64,000 nt of DNA from Rebecca billardiae RCC1528 (GCA_965240325.2 OZ251254.1:310001-374000); one strand, 5' to 3'. Shown: positions 34,357 to 47,262, numbered from the stretch's first letter. Numbers and translations: made by a program. Notes: generated from the sequence alone by a model not told the origin.

Positions 34357-37300
34357 ATGGCGCGCGCGAGCCAGGGCGCGTCCCTCTCGATCGGCGTGCC
34401 GCCCGCGACGCGCCGCCCTGTGATCGGCGTCGTCTGCGCCGAGTCCGACGACCCGTCCGCCGCGACCGACGCCGAGCGCGCCGCGCTGCGCGAGGTGGGC
34501 CAATGGGCGGCGGCCGTCGGCGCGCACATCGTCGCGGTCAGCGCGGGTCCGCTGGCACAGGAGGCGCTGCAGGCGTTCGTCCGCGTGATCGGCCGCCCGG
34601 GCCGCGCGCTCGGCGTGCTCACCCACGCCGAGACCATCGCGCGCCACGACGCGCGCCCGCGGCCGCACGACCTGACGATCGTGACTCACCTGGCGCAGGA
34701 CTCGGCCGACCAAGCGCGCGTGGCCGTGCTCACGGCGGACGCGGTGGTGGTGCTGCCCTCGGCGGTGGCGGCGCCGCCGCGCGCGCTCGAGCTCGCGTTC
34801 GAGTACGCGCGGCCCATCGCGCTCTACGCGCCGCACGGCTGCCCACAGCAGAATCAGGCGCCCCTTTCGCTCGCGGCTCGGGAGGAACTCGAAGCGGCGC
34901 GCGCGGCGGACGCGGCGGAGGCGGCGGCGGCGCTGGCGGAGCTGGACGAGCTCGCCGAGGGCGTCGAGGAGCCGCACGACGCCTCGCCGCGCGCCGCCGC
35001 CGCCGCCGACGACGAGCCGCCGGAGGCTGCCGCCGCGCTCGCCGCAGAACACATCGACAGCGCCGCGGCGCGCGCGGCCGAAGGCGCGGCGCGAGATCTC
35101 GATCTCGGCGCCGCGGTGGGCGCGGCGCGAGATCTCGATCTCGGTGCCGCGGTGGGCGCGACGGAGGTGTCGGAGTGGGCGGACGCGGAGGAGGGCGGCG
35201 AGGACGGCGAGGGGGCCGGCACGACCGTTACGACCGTTACGAGCGGTCTGGGCGGCGAGGGCGCCGAGGCGCCGCCGGGCGGCGGGATGCGGACACCGCC
35301 CAGCCGAAGCGACAGCAGCGCCGCCGCCTCTGACGCTTCCGGCGACGCGCGCGGAGGCTGCGCGAGCGCCGCCGCCGCCGCGGCGGCTGGCCGGTGGGGC
35401 GGCGGTGGGCGTGGCGTCGGCCTCGGCGCCACCGCCGACGCCGACGACGTCGCCGGCACATGGCCGGGCGGGCGCGGAGGCCTTGACGGCGGCGGCGCGG
35501 CCGCGCCGCCGCCGCCGCCGCGGCGCGGCTTGAGCGCGCTCGACGCGGACGCGCTGCACAGCGCGAGCTTCGTCAGCGCCACCGACGCGCTGCACAGCGC
35601 GAGCTTCGTCAGCGCCGCGTCCGGCTGCAGCGCGCTCAGCCAGCTCTCGTGCGCGCGCTCGCTGGCGTGGGGCGAGGGCGGCGGCGGCGGCCGTTACGAC
35701 CGTTACGACCGTTACGAGCGGTATGACCGTTACGGCCGGCCCGCCGGCGGCGGCTACGGCTCCGCGTCCTCTGCCGCGCCGGGCGCACGCCGGCCGCCGC
35801 CCCGACGCTCGCGCTCGCTCCCCGCCGCGCTCGGCGCCGCGTTCGCGCCCGGACCGCGCCGCGAGCCACCGGATTTGCTGGAGCTGCCGCGCGCGCGCAC
35901 CGCCGCGCGGCTGAGCGCGCTGCTGCTCGGCGACCGCGGCGGCGTGGACGTGGCGGAGAGCTGCGCGCGGCTGCGCGCGGAGGCGGTGCTCGCCGCCGAG
36001 CGCGACGACGGGGCGGGCCCGCAAACCGCGCAGTACGCCAACGAGACCGGTGCGTGCGCGAGCGTGCGCGTGTGTGCGTGTGTGCGTGTGTGCGCGTGCG
36101 CGCGTGCGCGCGCGTGTGTGCGTGCGTGCGTGTGCGCGTGTGTGTGCGTGCGTGGCGGCTGGCGGCTGGCGCGTGCAAGCGGGCGCGGCGCGCCGCCGAC
36201 CATGCCGTGCGTCCCACCCCCACCCTAACCCTAACCCTAACCAACCCTAAACCCACCCCAACCTTAACCCCCCAACCCTAACCCTAACCCTAACCCTAAC
36301 CAACCCTAAACCCTAAACCTAACCCCGCAGGCGCTGTGCGCATGCCAGCTGTCGGCGTCGGCGGCTCGTCGGAGCGCCGGCACGCGGAGCAGGCGGAGCC
36401 GCTCGGCGCGTGGCTCGCGCAGTGCGGCTGGCACCTGCTCACAGGCGGCGGGTCGGGCGTGATGGCGAGCGTGGCGATCGGGTACGCACGCGGCGGGCGC
36501 GGCATGTCCAACAGCCCCGGTACGCGCACCGCCGCCGCGCGCCGCGCGCCGCGCACCGCGCCGCCACCCGGCTCCGCGCACCCGGCTCCGCGCGCGGCGC
36601 GCCCAAGCCAGCTGCGCCGCCGCCGCGCGCGCGCGGGCCCGAGGCCTGACCCTGCCGCCGCGCGCCGCCACGCGCCGCCGCCGCACGCCTCGCATGCGCG
36701 CGGCCCCGCCCGCCGCCGCGCCGCGCCGCGCCGCGCGCGCACCCGCTCATCAGGTCTCTCTGTCGGCGTACTGCGCGCGCACTCCGCGGCGGAGCCCCAG
36801 CTCACTCGCCCGGGCTACCCCAACGAGTGGGTGGGCTTGCCCGTGCGCACGCCGCTGCCCGCGGCCGGCGGCTCGGCGGGGCGCGCGGACGGCTCGCGGC
36901 ATCACCTGACCGTGCTCTCGTCCGACGTGCTCGTGATTCTCCCCGGAGGGCCTTCTGCGCACGCGGAGCTCGCGCTGGCGAAACGGTACGGGCGGCCCGC
37001 ATGCGTATTCGCGCCGCATGGCTCGGCGCTCGTGGGCGCGCTGCGTGCGGACGGCTGCGGCGTGCCGCTGTGCACGACGCTGCCTGACGTGCGGAACTTT
37101 TGCCTCTCGGCGCTTCCGGCGTGGCTCAAGCCGAGGCCGCGCCCGCCGTCTCTCCGTGCGCTGATGGGCGCGGCGCTCGCAGCGCACCGCCTCGGCGCCG
37201 AGCCCGCCGCCGCGCTCGCGCGCGCGCGCACTGCGGGCGCGGGTGGCGGCGCGGGCGGTGGCGCCGCAGCCTGCGCCGGCGGAGGCGGCGCGGAGGGCGG

Positions 37301-38825
37301 CGCCGACACGGACGGCGGCGCGGCGCGGCCGCCGCACGCGACCACTCTCAGTCGAGGCTGTGCGTCGGCGCTCCCGAGCCTGGCCAGCCTAGCCCCCGCA
37401 GAGCTTTGGGCCAAGGCCGCCGCGGCAGTTGACTACGCACTCGGCCACGCGGCCGCGCCCGGCTATGGCGCCGCGGCGCCGCCGCCCGGCTATGGCGCCG
37501 CGGCGGCGGCGGCGAGTGCGGCGGGCGCGGCTGAGGCGGAGGCGGCGCAGCCGGGCGGCGCGCCTCCCGGCACGGCAGCGGCCGGATGGGCGCGGCCGCC
37601 GCGGCCGGCGGCGGCCAGTGCAGGGCGCCCCGTCACGTCCTCGGCCGCGGCAGCCGCCGGCGGCGGCGCGCGAGCGGGCGGCGGGCTGGTGCCGCGCTGC
37701 GCCGCTGACGACGCGCCGCCCACGGACGCCGCCGACTGCGCCGTGTGCTCCCCCGGCCGCACACTGCCAGCGCTACGCGCGGCTGATCGCGCTGGGGTGG
37801 GCCACCCGCCGCCGCCGCGCTCGAGCTCAACTTCCAGCCTGGCTGGTACGCACCCAGCCGCCTTGGCTCCCGGACTCCTGGCCTCCTCCGGCCGCCAAGG
37901 CGCCTTCAGTCAAGAGCAGCGCAGCGGCGGAGTCGGAAGCAGCGAGCTGGGCGGTGGCGAGCAAACGGGCGCGCGCCTCCAAGCGGCGCCCGCGCGCGCT
38001 GCGCCCGGCGAGCGGCCAGGCTCGGCCGCCGCCGCGCGCGCCGCAGCGGCAGCTGAGGTGCAGCTCGCCGCCGCGGTGGCGGCAACGGTGGCGGCGGCGA
38101 GCGCAGCGACTGATCTGCCGTCGCCGCCGCCCGGAGCCGCAGGCGCGCCACCGCGGCATGCGCGCGGCGCGGCCGACGCGGCCGAGGCGACGGGCAATGG
38201 CGCCGCATCGGCCGCGCCCTGCGGCGCGCCGTCGCCCATCCCACCACCGCCTCGGCCGCAGCCGCACGGCGCGCGGCTCGAGCCTCTCGGCGGCGCGGCC
38301 GCGGCCGGTGCGCAGCCCTCCGAAGCGCAGCTCGCCCGCCTGGCGCCGGCTGCGCCCCCCAGGGCCGCCGCCACTACGAGCGGCGCCGCGGCGCTCGCAC
38401 CCCTCCCGCGGCGCGGCGCCTCATGCGGCGTGCTGCTGCTCGGCGGCTCCAGGGGAGGTGCGACCTCCCTGGGGAGCTCGCGGTCGTACAGTGGGCACAG
38501 CCAGCAGGATGGAGGCGGCGGCAGCAGCAGCGGCCACTCAGCCGCCGCCGGCGGCGGCGGCGACCACCTCGTCGCGCCGCGCGGCCGGCACGCAGCGGCG
38601 GCCGCGGCGGCCGCGCGCGGCGGCCGCGGCGAGGGAACCTACATTCCCCGGCCCACCGTGCCACGCACGCCTGTGCCCATAGACAAGCGCGCGCCGATCC
38701 CGCCCGCGCGTGTCGGCAGCGTCGGCGGCGGCAGCGGGCCGCGTGCGCTGCGCAGGCGCGAGTCCGCGCCGCCAGCGCCGGTGGCGGTCAGGGCGCCGGA
38801 CGCCGGCATGGCGGCGTCGTCATGA
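34357..38825 (+). CDS. Protein with two SLOG / molybdenum-cofactor-carrier-like Rossmann domains and long disordered regions, 3 exons
   Basis: Introns 36050-36330 and 36520-36753. Domain 2: VGVGGS..LGAWLAQCGWHLLTGGGSGVMASV..GLSVGVL..GYPNEWV..SRHHLTVLSSDVLVILPGG..AELALAKRYGRP. Domain 1 is a degenerate copy (PVIGVVC..VGQWAA..ALGVL..IVTHL..LTADAVVVLP). Confidence 0.8.
36223..36322 (+). repeat. Interstitial telomere-type (CCCTAA)n array at an intron 3' end
   Basis: About 100 bp of perfect and degenerate CCCTAA units ending 8 nt before the end of the acceptor AG at 36330. Confidence 0.95.
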
Positions 38826-39938
38826 GCTCAGCAGCTTGAGCTGGGCACCCCAGCGCGGGCGGCCCAGCAGCCGAGGCTGAGCAGACCCCCCTAACGTCGG
38901 CCGTCGTCGGATGACGCTCATCACATCCGAGACTGCGCCGGACACGACCGAAGTGGCGATGGCCCGACGGTGCTGACTCTGCGCGCGGCGCGGCGCCGCC
39001 CCGTGGTCGGAGTATCCGCTGAGTGAGTATACAGTAGCGCGGCACAGTGATGAGTCGCCGCGCCGGGCCGGATCGACTCACTCGACTGACGACTGATGGC
39101 AATGCTGCGAGCGCAGTAGTGCCAGTAATCACGGCGGCGCGCCACTCCGCGCCGCGGCCCTCCGCGGGTCGGCGGGACCGCCCGCCGGGTGGCCGCGGCC
39201 GCTGCCGCCTACTCGGAGTACCTGAGGGCCTGAGGCTGAATGCTGATCGGTAGACGGTAGTACGCTAAGTGATGTATGCAGTGTAACAGTCCGTGATGCT
39301 CAGACTGCAACTGTCTACTATACTCATTGACCCGCAGCGCGGGAGTCCGAGCGAGAGTGGCCGCGGCGGGCGTCTGACTCTGTGGCCGCGGCCCGCCGGC
39401 CCGCGGCCGGCGCGGACCGCGACCGCGTCACCGACGCGGAGACGGAGTCCGGTAGTAGTGATGTAGCCGCCGCAGTCGCGGGACCGCGGGTCTATAGTCA
39501 TCATGTATATATATATATATATATAGTACGACATATAGCCATAGGCGGCGGTTACATCGCCCGGTCCGCCCGTCCGCTCGTAGTCACGTACTACTCCGCG
39601 CGTGTTAGTGGTCATCATGGCATTCACGTTCGATCAACTCGCCGAGTCACCAGTCACCGCCAATCGGAACTGCTAGTATGTAGCGCGCAGTAGTCGTAGC
39701 AGGCTATATATATATATATACTTCGTCAGCAGCAGTGCTGCTCACGCTGCGGCTGCGGCCTGTTCAGTCGGCGCCGCGCGCGTGTTGCAGACTGATCATG
39801 ATCAGTAACTACCCGGCGGCGGGACCGCGCAGCGCCGCCGCGCCTGCGCCCACCGTGCTGGGTTCGCCTTTCATCCATCGGGCCACGCCCTTGGCATGCG
39901 CGCCTGCAGGAGAGTCCGCGCACGTGACACGACGCGGC

Positions 39939-42900
39939 TCAGACTGCGTCTGCGGGGTCCGCGCGCGCAGCCGTCTCCGTGCGCTGAGGGACGGTCTCGG
40001 CGCCGTCCCTCAGCGGGACCGTCCCGCGCAGCGTCTGCGTCGGGGGCGAGGGGACGGTGGACGGAGCGTTGGAGTCCTCTGCGGCGAGGATCGGCGCCGC
40101 CGCCTGCACCGCGCGGACGTGCGCGCCCAGCGCGGCGATCCCCGTCGAATCCTTGCCCAGGCACTCGTCCAAGCCCGCTTCGAGGAACGCAGCCACCTCT
40201 GGCGCGCCGGGCGGGTCGCCGGTGAGCCCGACGACGAGGCCGGTGTAGCCTGTGCGCCGGAGCTCGCGCACGGCGGCGGTGCCCGTCATCTCGGGCATCT
40301 GGACGGGGGGCGGCCGTTGGGCGGGGGGCGGGGCGAGGCGTGAACGGCGACGCGCGCCACGCGCAGCGGGGCAGCCATGCGTGTCGCGCAGCGGGGCAGC
40401 ACGACGTGCTGCAAACCACACAGCAACAAGTCCGGTGGGCAGGCGCCGCGGGCTGCCAAAAGTCCGGGGGCAAAAGTCCGGGGGCAGTCGCACCTGATTG
40501 TCCAGCACGATCAGGTCGAAGGGCCCGCGCTCGCGCACCGCCTCGACCGCCTCGCGCCCGTTGACGACCTGCTCGAACTCGACGCCCGCCTTCTTGAAGA
40601 CGCGCAGAGCGATGGCTGCGCGGGCACACACGCGAGGAGGAGCGAGGCGCGAGGCAGGCGCGCGCGCGCGTGAGCAACGGCACGAGAGCGCGATGATCCG
40701 AAGGCGCGCCGCGCCGCGCTGTGCGCCTTCGGATCGTCGTCGCGTGAGGCGCGGTGCGCGCACTCTTCTGCAGCACGCGGTCGTCCTCGGCATGCAGCAC
40801 GCGCGCGCGCCCGCGGCTCAGCAGCTGCTTCTCCGAGTCGGGGTGCGCCGCGCCGCCCGTGCGCGCGCCGCCGCCGAGCGGGCTCGGCAGCCACGAGCCC
40901 GAGGTGCGCGCGGCGCGCGCCGGCGGCTGAGGGCTGTGCTTGCGCATGATCGTCGGTGATGCGCGGAGTGCGCACGCGGCGGCGGCGGCGGCGGCGGTGG
41001 CGAGCGCGAGCTTCGGCGACGCGGGGCACGCCGGGGGCGCCTGGTTGATCGACTCGAACGCCGCCGCGTGCGACGACGAGGCCGCGGGCGACGCGCGCGC
41101 ACTGGCGGCTGGCTCGGCCGCGCCGAGCGCGCGCGCGGCACCGCCGTCGGCAGGCGTGTGCGTCGGCGGCGAGGCGAGCGCGGGCGCGGCGGGCGCGGCG
41201 ACGGCGCCGCCGTCCACGCGCCACGCGAGGCAGTTCACGCGCATCTCGAACGTCGTCCCCTTCCCCTCGCCCTCCGAGCTGATTCGCAGCACAGACCCGT
41301 GGTGCAACTTGAGTAGCTGCCGGGTAATACTCAGACCAAGTCCGGTGCCGCCGTTCCCCTGCAGCTGTCCCTTGCCTACCTGCGCGAAGACGTCCCCGCG
41401 CTGGAGCACTTTCAGCTCGGCCGGCGTGAGCCCGTGGCCCGTGTCGTGCACGCTCACGCTCAGCCGCACCCACTCCGCCGCCGCGCCGCCGGCCGAGGCC
41501 GCCGCGGCCGCGGCCGCGGCCGCCACGTCACGCTCCGCCGCGGCGGCGGCGCCGTCGCTTGAAGTGGCCGTTGTGAGCTCGGGGGTGGCGTGGGGCGTGG
41601 CGGTGGAGACGCCGCTGGAGACGCCGGTGGAGCGGCGCCGGCCGAGGCCCGGGCCGAGCAGCGTCTTCGGCTGGCCCATCCGCCCGCCCTCGGCGCCGTC
41701 CGAGCCCGGCGCGGCGCGGGGCGTGGCCGCGGCCGCGGCGGCCGCCGCCGCGGGCATTGGCGGGGCGGATAGCTCAGGCTTGTGTGCGCACAGCCTGCAG
41801 CGCAGCGTCACGGAGCCGCCCGCGTCGGTGAACTTGGCCGCGTTCGACAGCCCGTTGTTCAGGCACTGCTGCAGCCGGCGCAGGTCGCCCACCAGCCGCA
41901 GCCCCGCCAGGTCCGCCGGGATCGGCTCAGCACTCAGCCGCACGCCCTTCCGCTGCGCCGCGGCGCTGAAAGTGGCGAGCCCGGCGTCCAGGAGGTCCCT
42001 CGGGGAGAAGGGCGCCGGGACGAGGACGAGCCGTCCCGAGTCGATCCGTTCGTCTGCGCCGCGCGCGGGGGCGCGGCGGGGAGGGAGCGGCGCGCGTGAG
42101 CGGCGGCGCGGCGGCGCAGAGCGGGCGCCGCCGCCGCGTCCGGTGCAGTGTGTGTGTGCGCGACCGCGCGCGTGCACACCGCCGAGCACGGCCGACACCA
42201 CCCCTCCCCTCCCGCCCCACGCGCGCGGCACGCGCGCGTTGAGGCGCTGCCCTCCCGCCACCCCCGCGATGCACCAACCCCTCCGAGCGCGGCGCGCGGC
42301 GCGCGCGCACAGTCGAGCACGCCAGAGGCGATGCCCTCCCGCCCTCCCCGCGATGCACCAACCCCTCCGAGCGCGGCGGCGCGGCGCGCGCGCGCGCGCG
42401 CACAGTCAAGCATGTCAGAGACGATGCCCTCCATTAGCTCCGAGCACAGCTCGAGGGTGGCGATGGAGGCGGTGACGCCCTCGTCGGAGAGCGGCGTGGC
42501 GCCGTCCATCTCGCGCATCAGCGCGGCCGTGTTCGCGATCGAGAGCAGCGGCGAGCGCAGGTCGTGCATCGCGATTCGAATCAGCTTCGAACGCGCTTCT
42601 TTCCCGGCCTGCTCCTTAGCGAGTGCGACGCGCGCCTGCGCGCGCTCGTGCGCCTGCTTGAAGCGGCCGCGGATGGAGGCCTGGACGCGCGCGTGGAAGA
42701 GGGAGTGCGCGCGGTCGATGGCGTACACGTGCCGCCGCGCCGCGCCGCCGAAGCACGCGGCGAGCAGCAGCAGCGCCTGCGCCGCCAGCACCGCCGGCAG
42801 CTGCTGCGCGCTCGCGCCGAGCAGCGCGTCAGTTACGAACACGGCCGCGGTGGCCCCGTGGCAGGCGAGCACGACGGCGTAGCGGCCCGGGCGGAGCGGG

Positions 42901-43493
42901 ACGAAGACGGCGGTGTAGAAGATCACCGTGATCCCGCGCAGCGCCGCCATCTCGCTCCGCGCGGCCGCCGCGCCGTCCACCACCAGAGCGCCACGTCCGG
43001 TCACGGCCGCGCGCATCGCGAGAGGCGTGCCGCGGTCGGTTGTGGGCGCGAGGATGCAGCCGATGGGCGCGAGCGCGAAGACGCCGAGCAGCAGCACCGA
43101 CGCGAACTCGATCGTGTCGAGCGACAGGTCCAGCCGCGACGCCGCGGCGGGCAGCGCCATCATCCCCAGCGCCGCGCCGAGCGAGCACAACAGGAGGGTG
43201 AGCTCAGGGCACGTTCGGTGGCTCGCGACGTGCGAAGCAGAGAGGACGAGCAGGACGAGCACGCAGACGCAGCCCAGCAGGCGGATCTGCCGCGTGAGCT
43301 GCGGCAGCAGGTGCTCGTCGCGCAGCGCGAGCTTGAGCGCCGCCTCCTCGTCGGCGCTCTCGTCCCACGCCACGCGCCGCGACGGCGTGATTCGGAGGCT
43401 CGTGCTCGGCGGGGAGCCTTGGTCGCTGTCGCGGGAGGAGGTGCTGGCCGAGCCGCTCGGCGCGTCCAGGAGCTCGGTGTCCGCCAGCCGCAT
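39939..43493 (-). CDS. Membrane hybrid sensor histidine kinase / receiver (HK2), 4 exons
   Basis: Exons 43493-42404, 42053-40764, 40615-40494, 40298-39939. IAMHDLRSPL; SDMLD|YERIDSGRL; NGLSNAAKFT; VHDTGHG; GGTGLGLSI; HAEDD; IVLDNQ|MPEMTG; GLTGD; LGK. Confidence 0.92.
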
Positions 43494-44995
43494 GCCGCGT
43501 GCCGTGCTGGGCGTCGAGTGCGGGCGGGCAAGGCGGAAGCACAGTCGGCCCGCGCCGGGGGGTGGCGAGGGTGATTTCACGATTGGGTTGCGGGGGGCCG
43601 GCGTGTGGGACGGGACGGTGGTTCGCTGCGCATCTTTTGGCCTCGAACTAACTGCCCATTACTTTTACCCACACTGCCAGGTTAGACGTTTTTAACCTTT
43701 CAAGAAGGCTCTCACAAGAGAGATTTTCGCCATTTCGTGGTTCTCAAAGGTGCACGCCCCGAGCTCATCAAGTGTTGTGGGTACGATAATGACTACTCAG
43801 GTTTTCAAGAAGCCAATTAATAGACCAGATGGTATTCGCCGCCAATTTCCGTTGATATCACCTCATTCATATTCGTTGTCGCCGATGAATAGACCCCGCT
43901 ACGACGTTGTATTCGTCGAACGGTAGGGGTCATTCAATGGAGATTTCACGCTGTTCACTGATTGGCGAGCCCAAGCCGAGCGCCGAGCCACCCGCGCACG
44001 CGGCCCCGGCCGTGGGCGCCGGCGCAGTAGTGTTTCGCCGATCCACCGTTGATTAATACCGTACGGGTTGGCGGCCAAACCGGTTCAAACCGGTTGTTAT
44101 TGGGTAATTAACCCTACTCCGATCGCCGATTCGCCGTTGGTTGGAAGGGCGTGCGCTTGTGCGCGGCGCGTGCGCGCGCGGCAGGCGCTCTGCGTGTGCC
44201 CACCAGGTTGTGGTCTATCACAGCCCGCACAGCGCGGCTCGAAGGCTCCGCATCGCGGGGTTGTGCGGACGCCTGACGGCGCGCATCGCATGCGGGCGTG
44301 CACTGGCTCGTGATTTCTGTGATGCTTTTGTGTTGGCGTTGCGCGGGCATGAGAAGAGGAGCGAGCTGCATTGGCCGCTCCTTGCAGGCTCTGGCCCAGT
44401 TTGGGTGCACCAGCCCGTGGCCATGCTGCGCCGCCGCCGCGGACGCCGCCCGCTACGGCCCGCCAGCCCGTAGCCCGAGGTCGTCGACGGCATCACCGGC
44501 ACGGCGGACGGTATACGGTCCTCCGTACGTAATCGCGGTTGAAATGCTGATGACCAATATACGTTTAGCATCAGGCCGGTGGTCACGCGCCGTCACTCAT
44601 CAGCTGACGGGCAGTCCGCCGAGTGGCCGATCCGCCGGGCCGTGGGGGCCCACGTGTGAGTCGGACGGCGCGGCCCGCGGCCAGTCCGGGACTCTCGACC
44701 GCGACTCGACGCGCGGGCCGGACCGTCGTTCCGCGGCCTGAGTTTCTCGGTGCTGCTGCAAATATTTGACTCAGTTCGACACAGACGAACTGACGAGTCG
44801 TGTCGTCATATTGTGACTACAGTCGTTCGTCCGGTCCGCGAATCAACTTTGCCCGCGCGGAGTTGCCGAGTTGATAGATTATAATAGTTGAAGTCAATGT
44901 CGGCTGGCCGGGCTGGCGGCCGCTCGGGCGCTCGTCGGCTCGATCGATCCGATCAATCAGGCTCACGGCAGTCCGCAGTCGCGCGGCGGCCGTGC

Positions 44996-45667
44996 TCACC
45001 CACGGCCGCTCGCGGCTGCAGGGCCGGCAGGCGAGGCGCGAGCCGGCGTCCTGCCCTTCCCCTTCCCCTTGGGCGACGGCGACGCCGCCGCGGTGAGCGG
45101 CGCGCCGCAGTGCTCGAGCGCGCGCGCCGCCGCGTCGCGCGCCGTGCCGTCCGCGGTCTTCGCCACAAGCTGCAGCGCGCTGACCGCGCCAGCCGCCGCC
45201 CGGACTGCTCGCTGGCTGGGCTCCGAGCCGAGAGTGAGGTTGGCAAGCGCCACCGCGGCCGCCTCGCGCGAGCGCTCGCCGCGCGCGCCGAGCAGCTCGG
45301 CGAGGGCCGGCACCGCGCCCGCGCCCACGATCTCCTCCGCCGAGATTGCGTCGTTCGCCGCGAGGTTGCTCAGCGCGCACGCGGCCGCGTGCGCCGCGCC
45401 GTGCGCGCGGCACCGCAGCAGCGCGACGAGCGGCGCCGCGGCGCCCGCGGCGCGCACCTGCGCGCGCACGCCCGGGTGCGCGGCGAGGTTCGCCAGCGCG
45501 TGCGCCGCGGCCTCGCGCGTCCCGTCCGCGCTCGCCTCGAGCATCGCCACGAGCGGCGGCAGCGCGCCCGCCGCCACCAGCGCGGCCGCGAGCTCCAAGG
45601 CGCTGTCGGCGGCGGCGGGCGCGTCGGCGGCGGCGGGCGCGGCGGCGGCTGCGGGCGCACCGGCGGC

Positions 45668-45702
<35 letters not shown>

Positions 45703-47038
45703 CGGCGGCGGGCGCGGCGGCGGGCGCGAGCGCCGGCGCCGCCGCGCCGTCCGGGCTCCCCGGCCGCGCCAGCTGCAGCGGCGGCGGCGGCGGCGGCGGC
45801 GTCTCCCACTGCAGCAAGTTGGCCATGGCGCGCGCGGCCGCCTCGCGAGGCGCCTCGGACACGGCGACGCGCGCGAGGGCACACAGCGCGCTCGGCGCGC
45901 CGAGCGCGATCATCGCCTCGCGGCAGCGGGCGTCGCTCGCCAGGTTGCACAGCGTCGCCGCCGCCGCGGACGCCGCCGCCGCGTCCGCCGCCACCGAGCC
46001 GCGGCGCGGCCGGTCCGCTGCGGCAACAATCGCGGCGACGCGGCCGCTGCCTTGGACCTCGGCCGCGCGCCGACGCATGCTGCCGGCGCCGCCGCCGTCC
46101 TCGCCGCCCTCGACGCGCGCGACGACGCGGACGAGCTCGGCGAGCGGCGTGGTGCCCCCCTTCCCCGCCGCGCCCGCGCCGCCGCGGAAGCTGCCCGAGC
46201 CCGAGCGGAAGCTCCCCGTCGGCTCCGCCGCCGGCGGCGGCGCCACCGCGGCCGCGCTGAGCGCCGCCCAACCGGAGGCGGAGGCTGTCATTGCCCAGAG
46301 TGCACGCGCGCCCGCCTCCGACGGCGAGGCGAGCTCGGCGAGGAGCTGCACGAGCGGGCCGATCGCGCCGCGCATCGCCTCGTCCACCGCCGCGCGCGCC
46401 GAGCCCGCCGGCGCGGGCTGCGCGGCCGCGCTCGCCGGCTGGCGCGCGGCGAGGGCGGCGAAGGCGTGCGCGGCCGCGGCGCGTGCGCTCACCGTTCGCG
46501 CGCGCAGCGGGTGCGCGACGAGGAGGCTGAGCACGCCGGCGTCGGCGAGCGCGCGCGCGCCGCTGTCCTCGAGCGCGAGCGGCCGCACGAGCCGCGCGCC
46601 CGCCTCCTGCTCCGTCTCCGACCGCGACTTGAGCATCGCGAGCAGCGGCGGCACCGCGCCGCCGTCGACGATCGAACGCGCGAGCTCGGCCGCGCAGTCG
46701 GCGAGCGAGTAGAGCGCGTCCGCCGCGGCCTCGCGCGTGGCGCGCGCGCGGGCGGAGAGGAGCGCGATCAGCTGCGGCGCCGCGCCCGCGCGGCCGATCA
46801 CGCGCTGGTTGTTCGTGTCGCTGCTCGCGAGCCGCGTGAGCGCGCGCGCCGCCGCCTCGCGCGTCGCGTCGTCGTGCGTCGGCGCGAGCAGGCCGACGAG
46901 CGCGCCGGCGCCCTTCACGCGGAGGATGGCGTTGAGGTCGTCGCCGTCGAGCCCGAGGATCCGGAGCACCAGCCCCGCCGCGCGCACGCCGGCCACCTCC
47001 TTCGCCGACGGCTCGGGGCCCTCGGGGATGAGCATCAT
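44996..47038 (-). CDS. Armadillo-repeat protein
   Basis: Many ARM units (GAVPPLLAML, REAAAHALANLA, AGAVPALAELL). Confidence 0.9.
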
Positions 47039-47262
47039 CGCGCCGCGGCCCTCGGCGCTCGTCAATCTAGCGGGCGGGCGGCGGCCGCCACGCGCCCGGA
47101 CTCCGACCAACCGGAAAGTCCGGTGCGGGACTGCCGGCGTTCTTGATGAGTGCTGCCTGCTCAAGGGAGGTAGGTCCCTTGGCCTGCTCACCATCTTCAA
47201 TCTTGACCCGTCCAAGAAGCATCCACCGGCCGAGTCAAGGTCTCAGGCACGCGGAGACGGCC

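Noticed and set aside
36223-36322. True chromosome end or fusion site
   Set aside because: Short, degenerate, single orientation, and inside an intron with coherent exons on both sides.
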